DNA of 36,668 nucleotides from Octopus bimaculoides. Taxonomy: Eukaryota. Position 1 is the first letter of the stretch. The number at the start of each line of letters is the position of its first letter. A program made the position numbers and the translations under genes. Shown in pieces: positions 1-9,505 of the stretch. The stretch covers positions 14,350,282-14,386,949 of the forward strand of contig NC_068998.1 in the NCBI RefSeq assembly GCF_001194135.2. The letters run 5' to 3'. Below the pieces are notes generated by a model, which saw only the letters and a program-made list of their open reading frames with translations, did not search any database and was not told the origin of the DNA.

Positions 1-29
1 TCGTACTCACATGTTAAACTTCCCCGGTG

Positions 30-41
30 TTATTATTATTC

Positions 42-122
<81 letters not shown>
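30..122. repeat. (TTA)n microsatellite, about 31 units
   Basis: Near-perfect TTA run with one C interruption at 41. It directly precedes the first SINE copy and explains the poly-Ile ORF 11..214. Confidence 0.99.
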
Positions 123-1457
123 GAGGCTGTGAGCTGGCAGGATCGTTTGCACGCTTAACAAAATGCTTAACGGCTTTTTACCTGTCCGTACGTTCTAGGT
201 TCAAGTTTATCTGAGGTCGACTTAACTTTTCATCCTTTCGGCGTTGATGAAATAAGTACTAGTTGAGTACCGGCGTCAATGTAATCGACTGGCCCCACTT
301 CCCCAAATTTTAGGCCTTGGGCCCATAGTAGAAAGGATTATTATTATTATTAAGGCTGCAAGCTGCCAGAATCGTTAACACGCCGGGCGAAATACTTAGC
401 GGCTTTTCGTCCGTTTTTACGTTCTAAGTTCAAATTCTGCCGGGTCGACAAAATCGGTATCAGTTGAGTACTGGGGTCGATGTAATCGACTTATCCACTC
501 TCGAAGTAGTTCGCCTTGTGCTAAAATTCGAAACCATTATTACTTTCTTTCTTGTTAATGCGGCGCACTGGAAGGATCCTTAGCTCGCATGACAAAAAAA
601 AATTCTTACCGGCATTTCGTCCGTCTTTATGCTCTGAGTTCAAACTCCGCCGAAGTCGACTTCGCCTTTCAGCCTTCCGGGATCGATAAAATAAGTATCA
701 GTTGGACACCGGGTTCGATGTAATGGACTTAATCCTCTCACCGAAATTGCTGGCCATAAGCCAAAATTTGAAACCATTATTATTTTCTTTGTTGTAAGGC
801 GGCGAGCTGGCAGAATCGTTCACGTCAGGTAAAAAAACTCTTACCGGCATTTCGTCCGAGTTTACGTTTTGAGTGCATCCTTTCAGGGTCGATAAAATAA
901 GCAGCAGCAGTGGATCTTTGGCGCGGTCGATGTATTCCGCTTGCATCTTCACAGAAAATTTCCGACCTTGTGTATACAGTAGAAAAGTATTGCTACTTTT
1001 GTCGTAAAGGTGGTGAACTAGCAGGATCGTTAGAGCATCGGAAACAATTTCTTGTTCCAAATCCTTACATTCCATGTTCAAATCTCGCTGAGTTCAAATA
1101 TACTTTTCATCCTTTCAGAACCGATAAAATGATATATCAGTAAAAAAACTAAGATCGATGTTATCGACTCTCCCATTCTCTTCAAAGTTACTGGTCTTGA
1201 AATGATAATTATTTTTGTTGTTAAGTCGACGGTCTTGCGGAATTGTTAGAGCGTCAGCAAAAAAAAAAAAAAAAAAAAAAAAAATTACAGTATTTGTTCC
1301 AGCTCTTTGCGCCCCAGATTCAAATCTCACTGAGGTCAACTTTGATTTTCATCCTTTCGGGATCGATAAATTAAAGTACCAGTCAAGAACTGGGTTAGAT
1401 GTTATCGGCTAAGCCACTTTCTACAAGATTACTTCTCTTGTACCTAAATCAGAATCA
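123..1457 (+). mobile_element. Head-to-tail array of six family-A tRNA-derived SINE copies (starts about 123, 352, 557, 796, 1006, 1223)
   Basis: Each unit shows, with varying decay, an A-box-like GAGCTGGCAGAATCGTT head, a B-box-like GAGTTCAAA(T/C)TC, the body GGTCGACTT..CTTTCATCCTTTCGGGGTCGATAAAATAAGTA..AGT and GATGTAATCGAC. Units are separated by short ATT-derived spacers. Confidence 0.93.
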
Positions 1458-1749
1458 TGTTTTTTTACATACTTTTGTTGTTATTGTCAGGCTCGTGTAA
1501 ACCTGATGATAAGTCCAGGCTAAACGTGAATCCAAATTTGAACTAACCAAGGATCTAGGCTAGGCGTAAAATATCGATTCCATTCAAACTAGTGATAGAC
1601 ATAGGCCAGACATGAAATGTTAATTAAATTTCATCACATCAACGCAGAGGCCAGATAACAGCCTCTGTTTTTATTATAGGATGACCAACGTAATATTGTT
1701 CAAGTTCCAGGGTTCCGTCTCTCATGGCACACGAACCCGTGTACAGCTC

Positions 1750-2560
1750 CTGCTAGACAAAGTAGCTTACCATTTGCTGCATAATTTAATGTCCGCTTCT
1801 GCTCCCAGTTTTTGATTTGCATTCTAGTGAGCACAAGTTGTCGAAAATATCACCAAAGGTGTATAATAGTTTGCATTCCGTGGATAACGCGCGGATAGGC
1901 TACATAAGCAGCTGGGAATAGTTTCATATCATATTTAATTCAATCTGTGACTTATGTACCAGGAAGCACAGTATGTCAAAAGTTAATAGACACCCAATAC
2001 AAATACATAATTTCTAAAGCCCTACTCATTCAAGACATTGTAAACATCTGCAACCTTTGGACAGCATGGGTTGTGACGTGCCCAAACGAGCACAGAATTT
2101 CGATCATCCCATCCAGGTGTAAACTCCGTTTTTTTTTTCTTTTTAGTATTCTTCTGAAGCATTAGTGTCAACTCAGTGTGCTATGATTCAGCTGACACAT
2201 AAACTATTATCCACTTCTGCATCTACCCATTACTTCGTGATTGACGCCTCATCGCGTACAGCAATTTCGAAAATCTTATCCAACGTAATACAAAGTCCGT
2301 ATGACAACGTCTCATGGGGAATCAAAACAGCTGCCATATATTTTCATATCTCCTGCTCTCCTACTTTATAACTGAAGTACAGGCATTTCAAAATTCATAC
2401 TGAAGGCAACGGACAATCAAATGGACAGCATGGAGGGAGCGATGTATTAACAATTACACTGGAGTCCTGTTCACCTTCTTCACACCAATGTCACCATGAT
2501 AATATCACAAGGCAAGTAGAAAGTTATGGACCATCGACTCCTCACTTGGTGGTCCGAAAC
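1750..2560 (-). mobile_element. Heavily decayed APE-type non-LTR retrotransposon fragment (end of endonuclease plus linker before RT)
   Basis: Hand translation of the minus strand gives NTVSDH (SDH at 2549-2557, like the APE C-terminal motif), NASEEY, FTPGWDD (PGW at 2109-2117) followed by ..LVW.. and DVYNVL, in the expected order. There are many stops and frameshifts, and the boundaries are approximate. Confidence 0.4.
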
Positions 2561-3201
2561 TGTATTGGTTCGTCTACGCAGCGCAACTCCCCAAAGTTGT
2601 TTTTGTTGCTGTTGATACTGTAATATTATAGCTGATGTCATGCTATTATTGGTGTTAATGTTTTCGTGGTATTTTTACCGGGGATGGTGATGTGTTACTG
2701 TAATATCCGATCGCATGTCAGACAAATTTCGCTGCTACGATATACAGATTTTCAGCATTTGATCAGATGCTCATGTCACAAATAGCCCGCAGGCTTATTA
2801 AAAATTAATTATTAGCGGCAGAAGCGGTGTTAATACCAAAATATTTAATCTCTATATTCAACTAAACACGACATCCCTGTTCATTTGGATACAGAGTTTA
2901 CCTTTTGATATTAATACTCTTTTAAAGCTCAGTAACGATTTTCTGCAATTTTTCTTGAACAAATGAATAACAAAATCGGATTTTATGTGAAAAATTATTT
3001 CAAGATGCCAAATGTGAAAATTTTGACGTAATTTTAAAACCTCACAATATGTGACAGCAACAAGGAAGACACTACAAAAGTAGAGAGACATACAGTTATA
3101 GGACATGGCACACACACATACACACACATTTAGAAACGTACACACAGGCAATTACCAGTTTAAAATGGTGTATTGTATACATATGCATGTATGTACGTAT
3201 G

Positions 3202-3205
<4 letters not shown>

Positions 3206-3244
<39 letters not shown>
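3206..3244. repeat. (TA)n microsatellite within a CA/TA/TG-rich tract (about 3105-3260)
   Basis: Perfect TA run read directly. Confidence 0.97.
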
Positions 3245-3257
<13 letters not shown>

Positions 3258-4199
3258 AGTGGTGCCTGTGTGTTAGTGTTTCTTTGCGATGGACAGTAGA
3301 AAAGTCACCTACCCCCTCCCTCATTAAAGCTATGTATCCCTCACACCCACCTTTCTTTCCCTTCCTCGATGTGTATGCATGTATCTAGGTATTTACAAAC
3401 GTATGTATGCAGCGTCGCGTGTGTTTGACAGCTGTATTAACGTCAATATCCCATTGCCACTCTATATTTGTCACTTACAAAAACGCTGTTTCTCCCTTTC
3501 CCTGATATCAGTCACACTCACTTCTGCTACTACATTTCCCTCAGACTAATACTCGTTGCCCCCTTCTCATTTTATCATATAATTCTCCCAACCCCCTTAG
3601 GGCACCCATTATTATCTTTGTTGAAATCCAGTTAACATATTATTGAACTAGAAGATAGTTTAGCATATATTCAATGTCTCGTGAAGATTCGTTCGCTGGT
3701 TTAGGCAGTAAGATGGTAACAGACAGACATGTATACACAGACACACATACATATAAAAAGGAATACCAAAAATGGGACAAGAACGCAAAAAATCCAGACA
3801 GAGGATACAAAAAAAAAAACAAGGACGGGTCATTCGGAGTTTTCTTTCTTCAGTCGAGTTCCAGATTATCTTTGCAATTTCGGCTGGTTATACTGGAGAA
3901 TACTCCAATTTGGTCATCCCCTGGGAAAAACTAAGCTAAGAGCACTAGATTCCTCGGAAGAAAGCAGCGAATGTATACGAAAACAAGGACGAAAAAACGG
4001 AGAAATGGTACACAAATACAAATGCAAATAAAATAAGTTAACAACAGGTGTCTTTCGACTAAGGACGAATTAAATTATGCTGGCGTGTATGGAGGTGAAG
4101 CCTTACGGCAGGGACATAAGAGATGACAGGCACCGGGAGGAATATAGATGTTGCACGGATGGTAGTTGAACCAAGAAAGAAAGGTCAGGCTTGGCCAAG

Positions 4200-4519
4200 C
4201 AATGCGTCGGGTACGACGACAAGGGTTCCAGTTGATCTTATTATTGCAACAGACTACTCGCGAAATTAATGTGCGAGCGGTTTAGCGTTCTACAGACATG
4301 TGAACTCTTAACGTAGTTCTGAGGGAGATTCAGCATGACATTGGAAGTGGCAAGGTTGGCCCTTTGAATTACAGTTATAACTCATTTTTGCAAGCTAAGT
4401 GGACTAGAACGACGTGAAATAAAGTATCTTGCTCAAGGACACAACGCGTCGCTGGGAATTGAACTCACTACCTTACGATCAGGGGCTGAATCCCCTAACC
4501 ATTAAATCACGTGCCTTCA
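4200..4519 (-). mobile_element. tRNA-derived SINE, family B (middle Y + tail 1)
   Basis: Minus-strand head GTGATTTAATGGTTAGGGG...GAGTTCAATTCCC, middle GTTGTGTCCTTGAGCAAGATACTTTATTTCACG, then a tail (4200-4374) homologous to 30460-30629 and 24100-24258. The GC-richer segment 4040-4200 may extend the element. Confidence 0.88.
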
Positions 4520-4539
4520 TACACACTCATGTGTGTGTG

Positions 4540-4662
4540 TCTATCTATCTATCTATCTATCTAACTACCTACCTATCTATCTCTCTATCTACCTATCTCT
4601 CTCTATCTCTATATCTACCTATCTATCTATCTCTCTATTTACCGATCAATCTATCTCTACCG

Positions 4663-4702
<40 letters not shown>

Positions 4703-4746
4703 GTCTGTCTGTCTGTCTGTCTGTCTGCCTGTCTGTCTGTCTGTCT
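4540..4746. repeat. Compound (TATC)n/(TGTC)n microsatellite
   Basis: Read directly. It gives rise to the IYLS/VCLS pseudo-ORFs. Confidence 0.97.
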
Positions 4747-4759
4747 ATATACACACATA

Positions 4760-4927
4760 TACGCATAACGATAGTCCGCACATTGTTCGTCCACCGACCT
4801 TACGAGCAAGTCCTTAGTCTGCCTTGTAATACAAGACACTTGCGTTAGGTGCCACGCAGTGATTCCGAATCCAAAACTTCACGGTTTCCAACGAAAAGAA
4901 CTTTTTAACCACACAGCCATGCCCGCA
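4760..4927 (-). mobile_element. Degenerate tRNA-derived SINE, family C
   Basis: Minus strand reads GGCATGGCTGTGTGGTT...CACTGCGTGGCACC...GCAAGTGTCTTGTATTA, similar to the plus-strand copy at 36115-36275. Its 3' end runs into the microsatellite. Confidence 0.65.
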
Positions 4928-5340
4928 TTTTACATATAAGCATATTCTCGTGTATCAAACTACGATTGCCATCTCTAACAATACTTATAAAAGCAAAAGA
5001 GAAAAAAAAAAAGGAAAAGAAGCCAAAACAGTACAAAATGGTAGCTAAAGGCCATTAAGTGCAGAACTGTTCACAAAAGCTTTACATTTGAAGCAGTTTT
5101 TGTATAGATCTGAAACCCACACAGGACAGAATCCTCAAACTCTCTGAAGTTGTGTTGACGATCGTTATTCGCGTTTATTATAGGTTTGATCCATTAAGTC
5201 TTGACCTGAGGCTAAATAAAAACGTCGACAATGCCGTCATTGTCATCACCATGGTCGATCATCATCACCAACCACAACTATAAAGAGGACTACAACATCT
5301 GTATCATCAACGACAATCACGGCAACAATAACGACGACTA

Positions 5341-5403
<63 letters not shown>
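5341..5403. repeat. (CAT)21 microsatellite with degenerate CAA/GAC triplet flanks (about 5230-5416)
   Basis: Perfect CAT run read directly. Confidence 0.98.
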
Positions 5404-5405
<2 letters not shown>

Positions 5406-5523
5406 ACAACAACGACATTGTTTACAGCGATGTGCTGAAAATCGGTTGTCCACTAGCGTGTGACATTAGAAGAAGTAACTTCAGTAGACAAGCTCTAATG
5501 GAATTTACCGGTGATCCTAAATA

Positions 5524-5632
5524 AGAGAGAAAGTACGAGGTAGAAGAAGAAAGAGAGAGAAAGAAAGAAAAAAGAGAAAAGAAAAAAAAAACGAGGAAAG
5601 AAGGAAAGAAAAGAAAAAGAGGAGAGAGTGGA
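5524..5632. repeat. Purine-rich (GA/AAG) low-complexity tract
   Basis: Almost entirely A/G over about 110 nt. Confidence 0.85.
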
Positions 5633-6230
5633 GAATCTGTGGCTGTTATTGTTGCTGCATCTTTTGAAGTTGTTAATATATGATTTTTGATGCTATTGTT
5701 GATGGCATTTTGAATCTATTGGATTAGTTGTTTTTTTTCTCTAGATAACAAACGCAAACGTTGCGTGAAATTGTACGGAATGTTGAACGCATATATACAA
5801 CTAGCAATTCATTACGTTCCTAGTCAGATTACAATACCTTTAAGTTCAACGAGTATCGAGAGAGTTGGTGCATTGTGTGTCCTATTTATTGAATGTGTCA
5901 TTACTGTTCACAAATATCTAAAATGATTATGTTGATAAAGACGGGCTGTTTTTGTTTTACTAGAAATGTGTTGTATAATGATGTCATTTGATTACTGAAC
6001 CTCATTACTAGGTAGCTATATAGAAGGGAAAAAAATACGAAAGAAAAGTTAAGAAAATATTTGTCCGTCATCACCCCAACATTTTTTACTTCACCCATTT
6101 TATCTTCATCGCCACTTCGTTGTTGAATATATTTCTTGGTTGCAGTGCGATGCTGAATGCAGTAACAACAAAACCCAATTATCCAATGATTGCCGAAAAT
6201 GTATAATGCAATAATACTTTCTAATATAAG

Positions 6231-6518
6231 TATAGAGCAGCGGTCGAGGGATCCTGAGTTCGAATCTCATACCGAACGAAGTGTGTGTTTGTGAGCGAAA
6301 TACTTAAGTTCCACGCGGCTCCGACAGAAGCTAAAGGCGAACTTCTGCAAACTCTTTCGCCACAACTTCACCCCACTCTTTCCTCCTGCATCTAGAAGCT
6401 CACCTGCGATAGACCGGCATCCCGTCCAGGTGGAGAACCTATACGACAATGAAAACGGGAAACCGGCCCTTATGAGCTATGCTCGCGAAGGAACAAACAA
6501 CAACAGCAACATCAACAA
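6231..6518 (+). mobile_element. tRNA-derived SINE, family D (middle X + tail 2, CAA-type tail)
   Basis: B-box GAGTTCGAATCTC at 6256-6268. The middle (6281-6379) aligns with the reverse complement of 30651-30750. A distinct tail CTCACCTGCGATAGACCGGCATCCCGTCCAGG...GAAGGAACAAACAACAACAG follows. Confidence 0.85.
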
Positions 6519-6535
6519 TATAGGTGTAAGGCCAA

Positions 6536-6757
6536 CGGCGGCAAACTAGCACAATCGTTAGTACCCTGGGCAAACTAGCACAATCGTTAGTACCCTGGGC
6601 AAACTACTAAGTGGCATTTCCTCCTTCCTTACGTTCTGAGTTCAAATACCACTGAGGTCGACTTTGTCTTTCCTCCTTCTGGATCGATTAAATAAGCGTA
6701 CTAGTTAATCACTGGTATCCATGTAATCGACTTACTCCCACCTCCAAAATTGCTGCC
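6536..6757 (+). mobile_element. Family-A SINE with a tandem 29-bp duplication in its head
   Basis: Contains TACGTTCTGAGTTCAAATAC..GAGGTCGACTTTG and ATGTAATCGACTTA. Duplicated unit at 6540-6568 and 6569-6597. Confidence 0.9.
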
Positions 6758-6860
6758 GATTATTCTCCTTTGTAGGACAATAGCTGAAGTGCGTGTGTGT
6801 GTATGTGTATGCATGTATGTTTATATACATATGTGTGTGTGAGCGTGTGTGCATGTGTGT

Positions 6861-7091
6861 TATTTCTTTACTACCCACAAGGGACTACACACAGAGGGGA
6901 CAAACAAGGACAGACAAACACGGATTAAGTCGATTATATCGACCCCAGTGCGTAACTAGTACTTATTTAATCGACCCCAAAAGGATGAAAGGCAAAGTCG
7001 ACCTCGGCGGAATTTGAACTCAGAACGTAGCGGCAGACGAAATATGGCTAAGCATTTCGCCCCGCGTGCTAACGTTTCTGCCACCTCGCCG
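6861..7091 (-). mobile_element. Well-preserved family-A SINE with an alternative 3' tail
   Basis: Plus strand shows GGATGAAAGGCAAAGTCGACCTCGGCGGAATTTGAACTCAGAACGTA, the reverse complement of the family-A core. Its minus-strand tail ends GTCCCTTGTGGGTAGTAAAGAAATA. Confidence 0.93.
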
Positions 7092-7742
7092 CATGTGTGT
7101 ATGTGTGTGTGTGTATATACGTATTTTTGTACGTATGTACGCATGTGTGTGTATGTGCTGCAAGAATCCCATACAAAATACATTATTGCAAGCTGATACA
7201 GGCGGAAGAGCAAACACGCTTAGTGCTGACGAAATTTTATGACTTGATCTATTGATCTATAATCAACAATCATATAGTCTACAACTAGCATGATTTCAAC
7301 GGTTCGAATCCAGTAGGCTTCCGGCACAGTTATTCGGAACAATGTAGGTTGGGTGATAAGGTGTAGTACTGGCGTTGATACTCAGTGCACCCTGAACTAG
7401 GATATCCATTACACGGTCACATAGGTTAGTTGGTACACGCTCAGCTAATTCATTGAATACGCTGCCGGTTAGGTTATCCGGTACACAGTTATCTCGGTCA
7501 TTTGTACAACGCCCGTTCGATTATCTGCGTACGCGAAACATATCAAACACAAGGAGGATATCAAACAAATCTTTGATGCAGACGATTGAACTATTTCGGG
7601 CTGGGAATCGCGAACTAATTTTGACATATCGAAATGGGTTTCAATATCTGATCAGCAAAAATGATTTATGTTTTCTATGGTGTTAGTCACATGACAGATC
7701 TCAGATATCAAAGCTGGTTTAGTTACTGATAATTTCGGTTAC

Positions 7743-7915
7743 TGAGGCACAAATGTCTCATAGTTAAATCGATTATATCGACACTGGTACTTGGACGAAG
7801 CTTTATGTTGTCGGTTTCCGAAAGAATGAAAGGCAAAAATGAACTCGTTGGAACTTGAACTCAGAACAACAGATACTGCAGGCATTTAATCCGATGTTCT
7901 AAAGATTCTCTCAAT
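7743..7915 (-). mobile_element. Degenerate family-A SINE
   Basis: AATCGATTATATCGAC..CTGGTACTT...GAATGAAAGGCAAAAATGAACTCG..GGAACTTGAACTCAGAAC matches the reverse family-A core. Confidence 0.75.
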
Positions 7916-8448
7916 CCTACGCTGTTACAATGAGCGTATATTGTAAACGATAACTGTTTACTATTGATATGGACAGACTGTAATAACATTAACTTTCGCC
8001 ACGATGCCGAATAATTAATTACCTGTCTTGAAATATCATATTCTTACGTGGAAGAATTTTATAATTGTTACACTATTGGCTCAGTTATCAGCGTTCTTGA
8101 AAAAAAAAAAAACTCAACTACAAGCCAGGAATAAATGATAAACTATTATTTTGTGTTTTATTGCGTTTAATAACCGGGCTTGCTGTTACGTTAGGACCTC
8201 ATCTCCGATGCTATAGTCAAGTAGTTGTCAAAATAACGAACACTAATCTTCCCTCCCCACCAAAATATTAAAGAAATATTTTGTTAAACCTCCCCATCAC
8301 TTTCTAATAATGAAATGAAAATAGAGAATCTGCATCCATATAATTCTTTCTTCAAGTTGTTTAAGAAGTTTTAAACACTGGAAACGTTTTATTAATTCTA
8401 TTAAACATGGTAAATGGTATACCCTCACTTTTTATCAATCCTTTTATC

Positions 8449-8500
8449 TTTCTCTCTCTCTCTCACGCTCTCTCTCTCTCTTCCGCTCTCTCTCTCTCCT
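8449..8500. repeat. (CT)n microsatellite, interrupted
   Basis: Read directly. Confidence 0.9.
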
Positions 8501-8539
8501 CTGATGATAAACACTGTTTTATTGCATTATATCGACATG

Positions 8540-9416
8540 CGCGGTCTATTCAATAAGTATCCGGACTGTTGCCATAGTAACGAAGCTAAAACACGCAGAG
8601 TAAGGCAGCTTGGCAAAGATTGACCTTGAACGTTGTTGCGCATGCACACTAAGTTTTAACGTTCTAGCTCCTTTCTGCTGTTTACAACAGTGCTTGGAAG
8701 GAAGGAGTGTAGCGTGTGATTATCTCATTAACCATGATAAAGTTGTCATGGTGATATGTGTTCAGAGAACTGCGCATAGTTGCAGAAAGTGTATGCAGAA
8801 GAGTGTATGAGCGACACACAAGTGTACGAGTCGTTCAGAATGTCGATATTGACGAAAGTTCTGGGAGACCCGCAACCAGCAAAACTGAGAAAAACATCGA
8901 TGTGCGTGCAGCTATGAGGGGAAGTCATCGAATCCTCATCGGTGAGTTATCAGAGCATGCGCAGATTAGGTACGGTTCAGTTCAGTCCATTACCACAGAA
9001 GATTTGGATACGATACACATGTCTGCCAAGTTGGCGTCAAAATTGTTTTCAGCTGACGAAAAAGACATTTGGGTTTCAGTTGCACAAGATCTCCTTGGTT
9101 TTGTCGAGAACGATGAAAACTTTTGAAAACTTTGCGTAAGCCTCTTAGCAGGTATAGGTATCGCCAAGCTTTTGGCAAAATTTGATGCAGATTCTCTGTT
9201 CAACTTCCCCTGTCATTGTCAATGCGACGATCACACGCTACACACGTTTCTTCCAAGCACTGCTGTAAACAGCGGAAGTGAGCTAGAACGTCAAATCTTA
9301 GTGCGCATGCACAGCGGAGTTCAGAGTTCAAGGTCAATATGTGCCAAACGGCTTTACTCTGCATGCTTTAGCTTCGTTACTATGGCGACAGTCCGTATAC
9401 TTATTGATCACACCTG
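8540..9416. mobile_element. Defective mariner-family DNA transposon made of two inverted left ends
   Basis: Terminal inverted repeats TCAATAAGTAT(C/A)CGGACTGT(T/C)GCCATAGTAACGAAGCTAAA at both ends. The plus arm encodes a decayed mariner N-terminus: LQKVYAEECMSDTQVYE, SSGRPATSKTEKNI, GSVQSITTEDL, SAKLASKLFS (WVPxxL-like) and ENDENF. The minus arm from ATG 9216 encodes MTGEVEQRICIKFCQKLGDT. There is no DD34D domain. Confidence 0.92.
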
Positions 9417-9429
9417 ACCTTACTTGGTA

Positions 9430-9505
9430 TGATGATTTCGGTGGAGATTTGACCTGAAGACGCAAAGAATTTCAACTAAATACTCCTAAGAATTTAATCC
9501 AGCGA
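9430..9505 (-). mobile_element. Very degenerate family-A SINE head fragment
   Basis: TTCGGTGGAGATTTGACCTGAAGACGCAAAG...AAATACTCCTAAGAATTT resembles the reverse family-A 5' half. Confidence 0.45.

Noticed and set aside
123-1457. Repeat-spacer periodicity superficially like a CRISPR array
   Set aside because: The repeats are ~200-bp diverged SINEs with short low-complexity spacers, there are no cas genes, and the DNA is eukaryotic.
1488-1535. CTGATGA motif suggesting a hammerhead ribozyme (also at about 8500, 16904 and 19913)
   Set aside because: No properly placed GAAA and no supporting stems I-III.
1771-1835. Minus-strand candidate exon ending at a GTAAGC donor
   Set aside because: The peptide is unrecognised, and the stretch fits the decayed LINE reading (..KW*..) equally well.
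7301-7311. Perfect B-box GGTTCGAATCC
   Set aside because: No A-box at a suitable distance and no cloverleaf, so it cannot be called a tRNA or a SINE.
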